Below the pieces are notes generated by a model. The model was not told the DNA's origin. It worked only from the letters and a program-made list of their open reading frames with translations, and made no database searches. 64,000 nt of DNA from an uncultured cyanobacterium (GTDB lineage: Bacteria; Cyanobacteriota; Cyanobacteriia; Cyanobacteriales; Cyanobacteriaceae), in contig CAVQBA010000004.1 in NCBI GenBank assembly GCA_963710605.1, forward strand, positions 96,001 through 160,000, given 5' to 3'. How positions within the stretch are numbered: the stretch's first letter is position 1; each line of letters opens with the position of its first letter. The position numbers were made by a program, and so were the translations under genes. This document shows positions 9,479-21,132 of this stretch, one piece after another.

Positions 9479-10429
9479 TCAATTATCAACTGTCAATTTA
9501 TCCTCTTCTTCTTTTTCCCAATCAATTGCCCCATTTTCATTGCTAAATTCAATCGATGAAACATTTTCATCTTCATCACTTAACCATTCACTCCAATCAT
9601 CACCTATTTCTTCATCATCAGTAACTTCTTCAACCACAATCTCTTCGCTAACTGCCTCTTCTTCTGCGGATAAATCTCCCATAAATTCATCCCAGCTTTC
9701 TTCTGTTTGTTGTTGTTGCTCATCAGAAATAACTACACTTTCTTCATCAATCGTATCTAAAATTATTTCATTCTCATTTTCATCAATCGTATCCAATATT
9801 ATTTCATTCTCATCTTCATCATTAATAGTATCTAATATTATCATCTCATTCTCATCTTCATCAAGAGCATCCAAGATTATTTCGTTTTCTTCTTCTACTA
9901 TTATCTCATCTAATAACATTTCGTTATCACTATCAATTGGCGAATTTATTTGCTCTTTATTTTCATCTAACCAATTTTCATCATCATTATCTTCTGCTAA
10001 ATCAAAATCGATAATCTCACTGTCTTGAGTTTCACTTTTTTCTATTAGATTAGACTTATTAAATTCAAAAGAAACAGATTTAGTTAAAGGAATATCTTTT
10101 AAATTATTTCCGGCTAATATTTCTAAAATTTTGACTAAAACTTCTCTATTTTTCTGCCATACTTGATAAACATTTCCTAATTGTTGAGTATGAAATTTAG
10201 TTAAATCATTTTTGCTACTAAGAATTTCTGAGTTACTAGCAGTGGTGGTTAATCCTTTTAATAAGTTTATTTGTGTTTCAATAAATTCAACCGATTCTTG
10301 TGTATCTTTATCTGTATCTGTTTTGATACTAGTTAATTTAAACTTTAAACTATTACTAAATGCCACTAAAAGAGCCGCTGAAAAATCTTTTTTAGCTAAT
10401 AATTGTTTAATTTCTTCTTGACTATTCAT
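9479..10429 (-). CDS. Hypothetical protein with long acidic repeat tail
   Basis: 316 aa. Tandem (D/E)ENEIILD(T/A)(I/L) repeats. N-terminal domain similar to 10495..10809. Confidence 0.75.
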   Translation of the reverse strand: MNSQEEIKQLLAKKDFSAALLVAFSNSLKFKLTSIKTDTDKDTQESVEFIETQINLLKGLTTTASNSEILSSKNDLTKFHTQQLGNVYQVWQKNREVLVKILEILAGNNLKDIPLTKSVSFEFNKSNLIEKSETQDSEIIDFDLAEDNDDENWLDENKEQINSPIDSDNEMLLDEIIVEEENEIILDALDEDENEMIILDTINDEDENEIILDTIDENENEIILDTIDEESVVISDEQQQQTEESWDEFMGDLSAEEEAVSEEIVVEEVTDDEEIGDDWSEWLSDEDENVSSIEFSNENGAIDWEKEEEDKLTVDN

Positions 10430-10494
10430 TAGTATATTTACCTGTCTATTTTAGCTTTACTTTTTAGTTAAAAAATTAATTTAATCACAATTTT

Positions 10495-10809
10495 TTATTT
10501 TTGAGATAACTGATCTAAATTGTCTTGTAAAATAGCAAACATTTTTTGTAAGCTTTGAACATTTTGTAAAATTTTGTTATGAGCATTTTCTACCTCAGAA
10601 AAATGGAAATTTTCTAAAGTGCTATCTCCTAATTCATGCTCAATTTCATTTTCTAACAAATCAATAGAAGTACGACAAGAGGAAGAATTATTAACTGAGT
10701 TTGTAGCGGTAATGATTTCTAATTTCATTGCTTCTACCATCGCCATCGCCATCGCTTCGTCTAATTTTCCTTCTTTGATTTTAACTTTGACTTGTTCTAT
10801 ATTACTCAT
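10495..10809 (-). CDS. Hypothetical protein (short paralog of the 9479..10429 N-terminal domain)
   Basis: 104 aa helical ORF. TSIDLL...FH aligns with TQINLL...FH in the neighbour. Confidence 0.75.
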   Translation of the reverse strand: MSNIEQVKVKIKEGKLDEAMAMAMVEAMKLEIITATNSVNNSSSCRTSIDLLENEIEHELGDSTLENFHFSEVENAHNKILQNVQSLQKMFAILQDNLDQLSQK

Positions 10810-10876
10810 TTAGACAATTTAATTTTGATTTTATTTTTATTTCTCATTAGCTTAACGTATAAATGCACTTTTTGAA

Positions 10877-11458
10877 TTACCAAAAATCACTGATTTGATA
10901 ATTTAATTGATTTAGCATTTCTCTGAATAAAGGTAAACTCAAACCGATGACATTACTATGACAACCAACTATTTTTTCGATTAACACTCCTCCTTTTCCT
11001 TCTAAGGCAAAACTTCCTGCACATTTAAGAGGTTCTTGTGTAGCGACATATGCTTCAATTACTTGATCATTTACATCAGCAAAATAAACTTCTGTAATAC
11101 CACACTGGATAGTTTGAGTTTGATCTTGAGTATCAATTAAAGCATGACCTGTGTATAGTTTACCTATTTTACCTCTCATTTGACGCCATCGATCAATCGC
11201 AACAGTCGGGTTATCAGGTTTACCATGTATTTCTCCTTCTATCACCAAGACAGAATCACAACCTAAAACTAAAGCATCCGTGAAATTAACGGCAACTGTT
11301 TCGGCTTTTTTAATGGCTAAGGTATTGACTAATTCTTCAGGATCAGTTAATTTTATTTGTGACTCATCAAAATCACTACTTTGCACGATCGGTTCGATAC
11401 CCGCCATACGTAATAATTTTAATCGAGCAGGAGAGGCAGATGCAAGAACAACAAACAT
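10877..11458 (-). CDS. maf: Maf-family nucleoside triphosphate pyrophosphatase
   Basis: [24 protein letters not shown] and SNVIGLSL motifs. Confidence 0.93.
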   Translation of the reverse strand: MFVVLASASPARLKLLRMAGIEPIVQSSDFDESQIKLTDPEELVNTLAIKKAETVAVNFTDALVLGCDSVLVIEGEIHGKPDNPTVAIDRWRQMRGKIGKLYTGHALIDTQDQTQTIQCGITEVYFADVNDQVIEAYVATQEPLKCAGSFALEGKGGVLIEKIVGCHSNVIGLSLPLFREMLNQLNYQISDFW

Positions 11459-11696
11459 ATTTAATAATAGTAGAAATTTAATCTATAATTGATGATAAAT
11501 AATTTAATCATTAATTATCAGCGGATATAAACTTTGGTAGTTAATTACACTCAGTTTTTTAATCGTAATTTATAGTAGTATAATCATCACAATGTTTAAA
11601 CCTCAACTATATAGTATGCAAGTTGATAGTTAATTACTTGATACTCTATCGAAGAGGTTAATAAAAGTTTTTTTAATTAATTATATTTTGATAAAA

Positions 11697-12248
11697 TTAA
11701 GAAACAATAAATGATTTAGCTACTGCGGTAAATAACTCTTCCACTTTTTGCCAACGAGATTCGGTACTAGAAATATTAAAAGTATAAAGTTTACCATTTT
11801 TCGTGGCAACATTCGCTAGATTATGACGATATTGACTATCAGATAACTTGACTCTATATTCTAATAAGTAATAGTCTTGCATTTCTTGTTGACCTTTTTC
11901 GGCGGAGATTAATTCTGCTTCTCTACCATTGTTATTATTTTGATTAACAATTTGCATAAAACGATAACCAATATCTGTAGGTGAGCCTAAATCAGTTAAT
12001 TTATTTTCATCACCAATATCACTAATAATAACACTAAGGTTTTCTCCTTCTTCAATGATATCTCGATAGACAACATCAACACCTCGACTACTATTTTTGA
12101 CATCAATACCTACCCAACCGTTAGGATAAAAGAATTGATAACCATCAATAACATCGCTATAACGATTTAAGCCTGTAAGTGAAGATGAACAAGCTGATAT
12201 AGTAAAAGTGATTACAATTAAGCAAATTGTAATGATTGATTTTAACAT
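11697..12248 (-). CDS. psbP: Photosystem II extrinsic lipoprotein PsbP (CyanoP)
   Basis: Lipobox ISAC, plus DGYQFFYPNGW, ENLSVIIS, LGSPTDIGY and GKLYTFN motifs. Lies upstream of maf. Confidence 0.9.
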   Translation of the reverse strand: MLKSIITICLIVITFTISACSSSLTGLNRYSDVIDGYQFFYPNGWVGIDVKNSSRGVDVVYRDIIEEGENLSVIISDIGDENKLTDLGSPTDIGYRFMQIVNQNNNNGREAELISAEKGQQEMQDYYLLEYRVKLSDSQYRHNLANVATKNGKLYTFNISSTESRWQKVEELFTAVAKSFIVS

Positions 12249-12343
12249 ATTGAACTAAAAATTTGATGTACGTGAATTATTATCTCATTATCTCGGACGG
12301 TCAAACAATTGACAATTGACAATAAAGATTAGTTGATTTGTTG

Positions 12344-13357
12344 TTATTTAGTTATTTGATGATAATCTAAGTAATCATGATAGTTTTTATATAATTCAAA
12401 TCCATGAGGTTTTGTTTTGAAAGTAGATGGAATTGAATATTCACTATTAGTATATTTTTTTCTTAATGATAATAAGTAATAATATCTTTTACCCCATTTT
12501 TTCAAGTATTGCAAAAATAAGCGAAACTGTGGATACAAAGATTTATATTTATAGTCTAAAGCCGTATATTGTAAGATACGTGCAATCGTAACTAGTTTAT
12601 GAGGAGATGACTTTTTTATTCTAATAATTTTGTATCCTATTTCAATTAATAAGTTTTTCTCCGTTTTAGTTAATAATAAAAATGGTTTTAATTGATCAAT
12701 CGAGTCTTTTTCATTATCGTGAACAAAATTTTTTATTTTACTAAATAAATGCCAATGATCAAGATTCTCTTTTTTTAATGCCGAAAAAAAGTAAAGTAAC
12801 TCGTCAATTTGCGAAAGATTAAACAGATGACGATAATACTGTTTTAATAAAATCACACTTTGTTCTTCTTCTACTTGTAAACGGTAAAAAAGATAAGATT
12901 TTTTTAATTTTGCTTGAAAGATTAATTTATGATGTTCTTGTTTGATTAGATGTAATGAATCTAAACAAAAACCTAGTAAAACTGGATCAGTACATTTATT
13001 TTCTAATTCTGTTAATTTGATTAAACTATCCAAATTATCTAACACAGTTTGAAAAAAGTATTTACCAATTAAAAAATAATGTTTTTTTTCTAACCTAGCT
13101 TGGGTAAAATATTCTTCTATACGTGCGTAAATCAAAAAATCAGCGGCTAAAAAGCGATCATTAAATAAAGCTTTTAATGTTAGTGATAATTGCTCTACTG
13201 AATCTAAAACTTGATTATGATAAGTTACTGATTGAGGAGGAATTTTGAGACGAGTATTAATTAGTAAATATTCTGTCAACGTTTTTCTACCAATCAATGG
13301 ACGATTCCACCATGGTTTTTCGGTTATATTCGATTTCTCAATTTCAGTAGTTACCAT
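12344..13357 (-). CDS. Hypothetical protein
   Basis: 337 aa ORF with AAGGA RBS and N-terminal KPWWNRPLIG motif. Confidence 0.7.
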   Translation of the reverse strand: MVTTEIEKSNITEKPWWNRPLIGRKTLTEYLLINTRLKIPPQSVTYHNQVLDSVEQLSLTLKALFNDRFLAADFLIYARIEEYFTQARLEKKHYFLIGKYFFQTVLDNLDSLIKLTELENKCTDPVLLGFCLDSLHLIKQEHHKLIFQAKLKKSYLFYRLQVEEEQSVILLKQYYRHLFNLSQIDELLYFFSALKKENLDHWHLFSKIKNFVHDNEKDSIDQLKPFLLLTKTEKNLLIEIGYKIIRIKKSSPHKLVTIARILQYTALDYKYKSLYPQFRLFLQYLKKWGKRYYYLLSLRKKYTNSEYSIPSTFKTKPHGFELYKNYHDYLDYHQITK

Positions 13358-14151
13358 GATTTATTTTCCTTGACCATCACAGATGTATATTTACTAGTTG
13401 ATTATTTAACTAAATCGTTTATTGAAAATAATCACTCATCTTTTATCAATAAAGTTTTGACAAGTTTTTAGTTATCTATTACTTATCTCTATTTTTTATC
13501 AAGCTTTAGTTAGGACTATATTTTTTGTTCATTTATACATAATAATTTATTTTTTTGCGTAATTAATCAGTAATATTGGCTATTTTAAACTAATTTTTTA
13601 TTATTCATTTTACGTATTCTTCGCTGTTATTCTTAAGTATATTCAACCATAACTAAATATTAAATAAATATCTGTAAAAGTAAGTATTTAAATTCAAAGA
13701 TTAATAAATATTTTTATAAATTAGCTCTATTAATCTATATTTAATAAATAATAGTTAATACTTTTTACTAGTAAAATAGAGAGGTTTATTTTTATATAGA
13801 TTAGTTAAATATATTGATTTTAAATAGTATAATTATTTTTATTTTAAAGTATTAATAATATTTAAATTATAGTTATAATTAGATTAAACAAATTTTTTTT
13901 GTCGAAAATAGTTAAATAGAATTTTGAATATTTTCTCATCTGTGAAAGGAATTTAGCTATGTAATACTTTAGATTAATTTTGTTTTCTTAAAATAAAACC
14001 TATTGGAAATAAATAAGCTAACTTCAAGTTATTATAATATTAGATTAATCAACCTAACTAGATTTTAATATTTTAGTTAGCCAGAAAATTTGGTCAAGTA
14101 GCTAATTAATAATTGATCAAAATTATAGTCACATAAATATTAACTGTAATC

Positions 14152-14184
14152 AAAAAAAAAGACCAAACTAAATTTAGCTTGACC
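14152..14184 (-). terminator. Intrinsic terminator downstream of icd
   Basis: Minus strand GGTCAAGCTA-AATT-TAGTTTGGTC stem followed by T9. Confidence 0.7.
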
Positions 14185-14265
14185 TAAGAAATAAATAACG
14201 ATCGATATCAATAAAAGTAAAATACTTAATAATTGATAATTAAGTAAAAAAAGCTACGTACTTAA

Positions 14266-15692
14266 TTAGTTCTCAAAATTGTCAATAATAGCTTGAGCAA
14301 ATTCAGAACATTTTAAAGGTGGTTCGACAGGAGGAGTCATCAAACGAGCTAAATCATAGGTAACCTGACGAGAAACGATCGCCTCAGAAAGCCCTTTACG
14401 AATCAAATCAGCCGCTTCTTGCCAGCCCATGTACTCCAACATCATTACCCCAGAAAGAATCACAGAACCGGGGTTAATACGGTCTAATCCAGCGTGTTTA
14501 GGAGCAGTACCATGAGTCGCCTCAAAAATAGCCGAGTTGTCACCAATATTAGCACCAGGCCCATACCAAGTCCACCAACAATAGCGGCGGCGGCATCAGA
14601 TAAATAATCACCGTTCAAATTCATGGTTGCGAGAATAGAATATTCATCAGGACGTGTTTGAATTTGTTGGAAGATACTATCAGCAATACGATCGTTGACC
14701 ATGATTTTATCTTGCCATTTACCCTCACCATGACTATCCCAAATAGTATCTAAAACAGTTTTAACTTCCTTACAGATAGCGGTTTTCTTCTCAGGAGTTA
14801 AAGAGTCATAACCTGGTTCGATTTTACGGGCATTATCTTCAACAGAAATATCGGCATTAGCTTCTTTATTAGCTAAAATCCATGATTCTCTTTCGGTTAC
14901 GCATTCATCACGAAATTCTTCTACTGCTACTTCATAACCCCAATCACGGAAAGCACCTTCGGTATATTTCATAATATTACCTTTATGTACTAAAGTGACT
15001 TGCTGTTTTTCTTTAGGTAATTTTAAAGCATTTTGAATCGCCCGACGCACTAAACGTTTACTACCTTTGATACTGATTGGTTTAATGCCTATTCCCGCAT
15101 CAAGAGGAATTTGTTTGTTTTTATGCTCAGGTGTAGAAGGTATTAAGTCTTCATTGAGAATTTTAATTAATTTTTGCCCAATTTCTGAACCTTCTCGCCA
15201 TTCGATACCCAAATAAATATCTTCTGTATTTTCCCGATAAACGATTACATCAAGTTTTTCAGGACTTTTATGAGGAGATGGTGTACCTTTATAATAACGA
15301 CAAGGACGAACACAAGCGTATAATTCAAAAATTTGGCGTAAGGCAACATTAAGGGAGCGAATTCCACCACCGACAGGAGTGGTTAAAGGACTTTTGATAG
15401 CGATACCATATTCTCTAATAGCGGTTAAAGTATCTTCGGGTAAATATTGATATGTACCGTATTTTTCGCAAGCCTCATCACCTGCATAAACTTTAAACCA
15501 ATTGATTTTACGTTTGTCATTATAGGCTTTGGCTACTGCGGCGTTGATTACTTTTTCTGTTGCTGGCCAAATATCAACTCCCGTTCCATCACCACGAATA
15601 AATGGTACGATCGGATCGTCGGGTACGATCGGTAATCCATTTTCAAATTTTACTTTACTTCCTGTAGTTGGTGGAGTAATTTTGTCGAACAT
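14266..15692 (-). pseudogene. icd: NADP-dependent isocitrate dehydrogenase with a 1-nt frameshift near 14560 (likely sequencing error)
   Basis: [39 protein letters not shown] and NLNGDYLSD motifs. Adding one base after GGLGM restores [38 protein letters not shown], joining the 14266..14463 ORF. Confidence 0.92.
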
Positions 15693-15887
15693 ATATACTA
15701 GCTCACTGATTGAATATCTTAATTATTGCGATTATCATATCATTCAATTTGCCGATAGATAATTAATGAAATGGCTTTAAAATGAGGTTATCTTGATAAT
15801 AACAACGGCGATCGATAGTAAGTAGTAAACAGATAATAACGAAAAAAGTATCGCAATTTGTGCTTGATAAATATTTTAATTATTCAT

Positions 15888-16088
15888 TTATTCTAAATTT
15901 AGCATTTGTTTTACTCGAACCAGAGGAATAGAATCATGATTTTTTTCTTCTTTTTTAGCATTTCTCAATTCCTGTAAATCTTCTAAATCCTCTAGTAGTT
16001 CTTGGATTTTGATAAATTCTTCATAAGGTAAAACAGCAAATTCTTTGTTACCATTTTTACTTAAAAACTCAGGATGTAGTTTAATCAT
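15888..16088 (-). CDS. Putative antitoxin (partner of the upstream RelE toxin)
   Basis: MIKLHPEFLSKNGNKEFAVLPYEEF...LEDLEDL, a small acidic protein directly after the toxin. ATG at 16088 preferred over TTG at 16106. Confidence 0.75.
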   Translation of the reverse strand: MIKLHPEFLSKNGNKEFAVLPYEEFIKIQELLEDLEDLQELRNAKKEEKNHDSIPLVRVKQMLNLE

Positions 16089-16102
16089 TTTTGGATACCT
16101 TT

Positions 16103-16351
16103 TCAATAATAAGCGTTGCTTCTATGTTTTATTCTGTAAATTATAATTATTTGTTTTTCTATTTCAAATAAGACTCGATAATCTCCAATTCTTAACCGAT
16201 ATTCGGGTGTAAAATTAGTTAATCTTTTAATATCTCCTTGTAAATTATCTTGCATTAATTCAATTTTCTTAATTATTTGCTTTTGAAAATTGGATGATAA
16301 TTTACTTAAATCTTTAACTGCTTTTGGCTTAAACTCAACTTCATATTTCAC
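16103..16351 (-). CDS. RelE/ParE family type II toxin
   Basis: 82 aa. YEVEFKPKAVKDL, IKRL, YRLRIGDYRVLF and IKHR motifs. Confidence 0.9.
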   Translation of the reverse strand: MKYEVEFKPKAVKDLSKLSSNFQKQIIKKIELMQDNLQGDIKRLTNFTPEYRLRIGDYRVLFEIEKQIIIIYRIKHRSNAYY

Positions 16352-16571
16352 ATTATTTATTTTCTTCGTAACTTCAATCTTATAATTATGTTAGCTCTTC
16401 ATAGCAACAATTTGATTTGAGTAACAGTTTAGATAAGAACAATAGTATTTATTCTGGATTAAAAAAAATAATTGTTATCGCACAAAAATTAAAAAGCAGA
16501 TTAAGATCGAAAAAAAGTGCAAAATCATCGAAATTATGACAATGGGATTAGAAGCGATCGCCTAAAAATAA

Positions 16572-18143
16572 TCAACTGTTGTTCATAATCTGTTTAAGTA
16601 GATTTTGAGTATAAGGATGATTACTTAATTCGGAAACTCGATCGTCTTCGATCGCTTGTTTTAAAAACTTAACGAAATTACTATATATAATCTTAGTATC
16701 AGAGTGTTGTGTTCCTAAGAGTGTTTCATCTAACTCTAAGGCTTGAAGATATAAAGGTTCTGCTAACTCGTATTTTCCTTGTGAACCATATAGTCTAGCT
16801 AAATTATCGAGCGAACTTGCTACATAAGGGTGTTGTTCTCCTAAGAGGGTTTTTCTTAACTCTAAAGCTTTGAGGTACAAAGATTCTGCTTGTTCATATT
16901 TTCCTTTTAATGAATAAAGTAAAGCCAAATTATTGAGCGAACTAGCCACATGGGGGTGTTGTTCACCTAACAATGTTTTTCTTAACTTTAAGGCTTGGAA
17001 GTACAGTAGTTCTGCTAACTCGTATCTTCCTTGTGATTTGTAAAGTAAAGCTAAGTTATTAAAGGAAGTTGCCACATCGGGATGTTGTTCTCCTAAGAGT
17101 GTTTTTCTTAACTCTAAGGCTCGAAGAAATAATGGTTCTGCTTCTTTGTATTTTCCTCGTGAATAATATAATCCAGCTAAATTATCAAGCAAACTAGCCA
17201 CATGGGGATGTTGTTCTTCTAAAAGTGTTTGATATAACTCTATAGCTTGGACGTATAAAGATTCTGCTTGCTCATATTCTCCTTGTAAATCATATAGTAA
17301 AGCTAAATTATTAAGGGAAGTTGCCAAGTCTAAATCTAAATTTAATTGCTTTTGCAAAGCGATCGCTTTTTGAGAATATTCAATACTTAAATTTAATTCT
17401 TCATTATAGTTTTCACAACCTTCTGTTTCAATTCTATTAAGATAAATTTGCCCTAAACTACTATACAAACTAGCTAATTTTTTTTCATCTTTTGTTTGAG
17501 GATTTGTTTCTAAATGTTTAACTAAAGCCTCCAAATCTTGCAAAGGAATTAAAGAAGACTCTTGATTATCAAAATTCAATAATTTTTCTTCTTCAAAAAG
17601 AGAGAATTGCTCTTGAAATCGATCTAAACAAATATAAGATTTGATATTCGACACAAAACGAAAAACACCTTTACGCCAACTCCAAAAATCAGGAGCATTT
17701 TTCTGTAAATTAACTTCAATACTATTATTAATCCACAATACAATCGAATAAGGAAATTCTCGAAATGCTTCCCTCGTCCATTGTAAGTAACCAATAAAAC
17801 GATCGAGTTCAGATTTTTCCTGATTTAAACCGAACTTCAACAACTTTTCTATTCCTGTAACAGTAATTACCGCTTTTTTATTAGCGTTTAACTTTGGATT
17901 GTCGGCAACTAATTTTTCTAAATGATTGCGTAAACTTAAATTATCTGAGTTAATTTCGACTTGATAGGTAAGGAAATTTCCTTTTAACTCTTGTTCGTAC
18001 AAAGTAATAATCTCTTTTCTTACACTATCTCAATCGCAGACACAAATTAAGATATTTAAGTTTTCCTGATTCGTTTCTAAAGAAACCATCAAATCGTCAT
18101 AAGTATCTTTATTTTCTGGACTAATAGTTAACTCTTGTTCCAT
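16572..18143 (-). pseudogene. Tetratricopeptide-repeat protein with N-terminal domain, in-frame TGA at 18030-18032
   Basis: ATG at 18143 (MEQELTISPENKDTYDDLMVSLE...ICVCD*DSVRKEII) is in frame with ORF 16572..18002. About five 42-aa repeats of type HPxVAxSLNNLAxLYxxxGxYxxAExLYxxAL. Confidence 0.8.
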
Positions 18144-18225
18144 GATTTTTACTTTTTTTAAGTACTTTTTAATCAAATAAATTTAAGAAGATAAAACTAC
18201 TAAAAATAATTGAGACGGATAAATG

Positions 18226-19527
18226 TTAAGGTTCAATTATTCCTTTGTGTATTAACATCTTGGAAACAATAGGATGTAAATCGTACCATAATTCACTATT
18301 GCGGTATTCCAAAGCATAAAGAGCGTGTAGCAAGGCTAAAAAGTCATCGGATTTAGGATCGGGTGGTTGATAGTTTTTGTAAACACTCTTGAGAATTAGA
18401 TAGTCTTTTTCACCGATACGAGCTTCAAAATCCAAGCTTAATTTATTAATTGCTTCTTGAAATATTGTTCGATCGATTTTAATTCGATCGTTATCTGGTT
18501 GCTGACGAATTAACCGCAAACAAATACGACAACATTCGTTAGTGATTCTAATCAATTCTCGTAATACGCCACCACTGTAAATAACAATCTCGGTTAAAAT
18601 TTCTGATTCAATTATATTAAGATCGATTCTTTTTTCAATAATATCCTTTAATAACTGAATATTTTCTTGGTTGGGAATAATATTTTCTTGCCTAGCTTCT
18701 CTTTTTGGTAATAATTTATAAACAGGCATTTTGACAATTTGGTTATTAGTTTCTGTTTCTAAAACCGTAACTAAACTAATTTCTCTAAGTGCGGCGATAG
18801 GTATAGTCATTAACAGACGAAAATTCGGAGAAAAAAGAGCTTTTATATGTCCTAAAAAAATATCATTTACTTGAGTTAAATCTAATTTGTCTAAATCGTC
18901 AATAATAACGATAATTTCTTGTTGACTTGTTTGCTCGATTATAATGGCAATTTCATTGATACGTTGAACTAAACTTGAAATATTTTTTTCATATTCTATT
19001 TTTATTTCATTTCTAATGGTGGAATTGTTTTTTAAAACTCCTTTTATCCAAGCTAATAGATTAGTAAAATTAAAACCTGTTTCTACTTCAGCTTTAAACT
19101 CATCAATTTCTGTTTTTGTCTTAGTTGCAAACCAGCGATAAAAATTTTCTTTAATTTTCGGTTTAATCTCGATTTTTTTATTTTCTGCTTCTTCCATCAA
19201 ACTGACAGCGATCGTAAACAGAATATTAACATGATTCACATCGGACATTTCGATCGTATCGGAAATAGAGAAAAAAACGACCAAAAAACGATCGTCTAAA
19301 TTCCTTTTTACCTCAGCTAATAAAGTTGATTTACCACAACCTCTATGCCCAGAAAAGATTATTTTATTATCAGTAGCTAAACCATCTTCAATAAGTTGTT
19401 CTAATTCTGAAATAACATCAGGATTACAAGGCACAGCAAACTTTTGAAAATCTTCTTCTGTTTTTAAAGGATCAACTCTCAAATTACGATAAGCTGATTG
19501 GTATATAGATAAAAGACTTTCAGACAT
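18226..19527 (-). CDS. P-loop (AAA/KAP-like) ATPase
   Basis: Walker A SGHRGCGKST, Walker B IIDDLDK, SGGVLRELIR and C-terminal LEYRN..WYDLHP. Confidence 0.85.
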   Translation of the reverse strand: MSESLLSIYQSAYRNLRVDPLKTEEDFQKFAVPCNPDVISELEQLIEDGLATDNKIIFSGHRGCGKSTLLAEVKRNLDDRFLVVFFSISDTIEMSDVNHVNILFTIAVSLMEEAENKKIEIKPKIKENFYRWFATKTKTEIDEFKAEVETGFNFTNLLAWIKGVLKNNSTIRNEIKIEYEKNISSLVQRINEIAIIIEQTSQQEIIVIIDDLDKLDLTQVNDIFLGHIKALFSPNFRLLMTIPIAALREISLVTVLETETNNQIVKMPVYKLLPKREARQENIIPNQENIQLLKDIIEKRIDLNIIESEILTEIVIYSGGVLRELIRITNECCRICLRLIRQQPDNDRIKIDRTIFQEAINKLSLDFEARIGEKDYLILKSVYKNYQPPDPKSDDFLALLHALYALEYRNSELWYDLHPIVSKMLIHKGIIEP

Positions 19528-19956
19528 ATTAACTTGTTGAACTTCTTTGTTATTGTACTTTACTTTTTATTGTCTTCCTTTGTTGTCTTTAATTTACTAA
19601 TATTCTTAAACCCCTCTCATTATCAAGAAAAAAGGCTGGGAGTGTGGTTGTATTATCATACCAATTCAAATAAAATTGGCAATCCTTTGTGTCAAAAAGT
19701 CCCCCAAAGTTGGAGGATTTAGAGGGCTTAAGGATTGATCTATCTTTTTGTTTTTTGAATTTAGTATAATTTCTTCATCTACGTTTTCAACCCACCTTGA
19801 ATTAAAATTCAAGGCTAATATAATTCGTTTAATAAATTAAACTAAAATCTATTCTACGATTTTTTGATAGTTCATTTTAATGAACGTTTTTTTTGAGCCT
19901 TGTCAATTCATACCCAAGGCTTCTCATTACTCAAAAAGATGGGCTTGGGAGTGAGG

Positions 19957-20553
19957 CTAACTTTGAACCAAATTTTCTTGCTTAAGTTTGTCTTTTAATT
20001 CTTCTTCCAACTTAGCTTCATTTTGACGACGTATTTTTGCATAAGATTGAATACTAGCTAACATCACAATCACCAAACCAACAACCGCCCAAGTCGTAAT
20101 ATCTAAAGGAAGATTGTTTTTGAAAATAGCTAACAAGACAATGACTAACAACAAAAGAGTAGGTGCTTCATTCAGTAATCTAAATTTTTGTCCACTCCAT
20201 TGGTTTTCACCCTTAGCCAATTTTTTCATGATTTTACCACACCAAAAATGGTAAGCCAATAACAAAGCCACAAATAAAAATTTGACGTGTAACCAACTAG
20301 ACTTTAATACCTCTGGCTCAGTAGAAATCAAACCGATCGCCATTGCTACTGTCAATATCATACCGGGGGTTGTAATGATATTATAGAGTCTTTTTTCCAT
20401 CAACTCATATTGTTGTGTCAAAATACTTTGAGCGGGTTCATCTTTCTCAAATGCTTCAGCGTGATATACAAATAAACGAACGAGATAAAACAACCCTGCA
20501 AACCAAACGACAATACCGATTAAATGAAACGCTTTGAACCAATAATAAGCCAT
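19957..20553 (-). CDS. hemJ: Protoporphyrinogen IX oxidase HemJ
   Basis: WFKAFHLIGIVVWFAGLFYLVRLFVYHAE, MEKRLYNIITTP and NEAPT motifs. Confidence 0.95.
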   Translation of the reverse strand: MAYYWFKAFHLIGIVVWFAGLFYLVRLFVYHAEAFEKDEPAQSILTQQYELMEKRLYNIITTPGMILTVAMAIGLISTEPEVLKSSWLHVKFLFVALLLAYHFWCGKIMKKLAKGENQWSGQKFRLLNEAPTLLLLVIVLLAIFKNNLPLDITTWAVVGLVIVMLASIQSYAKIRRQNEAKLEEELKDKLKQENLVQS

Positions 20554-20848
20554 AATTTATAGTTAAGATAATCTAAATATTTTTGCAATTTGGGAGTAAT
20601 AGTCAAATTTTTGATGATTAACAAACACGATCGCGCTTTGTATTTATTTGTCAATCTACCTATTTTCAACAATTGGAGAGTGAAAATAATGACCATTAAC
20701 TCACACCTATTTACTCTAGATCGATTCAGAGATAACCGACAATAGGCTATTTACATATCTTCTTGAAAATATATTTAAAGCATCATTGTTAAAATTATTT
20801 TTGGTTACGCTAATATAAATTTTTGAAGTAAAATCTATAAAGTTAGTT

Positions 20849-21055
20849 ATGAATAAAAAATTAGTTGATTCATTAATTACAATCGTGCGATCGCTTTCAA
20901 AAGAAGAACGTCAAATATTTGAAAAAAGATTATTCTTTAATGATGAAGTAGTTAGCACACAAGATATGATGAACTTAGCTCAAAAAAGTGGTTCTTTTGA
21001 TTTTTTAGAAGATGAACCAGACATTTATACCTTAGAAGATGGAGAAGCGATTTAA
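20849..21055 (+). CDS. Small putative antitoxin
   Basis: 68 aa with acidic tail GSFDFLEDEPDIYTLEDGEAI. Its stop overlaps the next ATG (TAATG). Confidence 0.7.
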   Translation: MNKKLVDSLITIVRSLSKEERQIFEKRLFFNDEVVSTQDMMNLAQKSGSFDFLEDEPDIYTLEDGEAI

Positions 21056-21078
21056 TGTCTCTTAAAAAAGGTGATATT
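21055..21078 (+). pseudogene. Remnant 5' end of a PemK/MazF-type toxin
   Basis: Translationally coupled MSLKKGDI resembles the MazF N-terminus (xxGDIVxVxFP). The frame then drifts into a CTCCTTA repeat. Confidence 0.5.
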
Positions 21079-21097
21079 CCAAGAGTGAAAAATGATT

Positions 21098-21132
21098 CTC
21101 CTTACTCCTTACTCCTTACTCCTTACTCCTTA
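21098..21132. repeat. STRR heptamer repeat (CTCCTTA)x5
   Basis: Direct reading. Overlaps the 3' end of 21123..22154. Confidence 0.85.

Noticed and set aside
13360-14150. Very AT-rich ~800-bp gap as a replication origin or hidden gene
   Set aside because: No DnaA-box cluster, no ORF and no recognisable structure. Similar AT-rich gaps occur elsewhere (e.g. 59460-60270).
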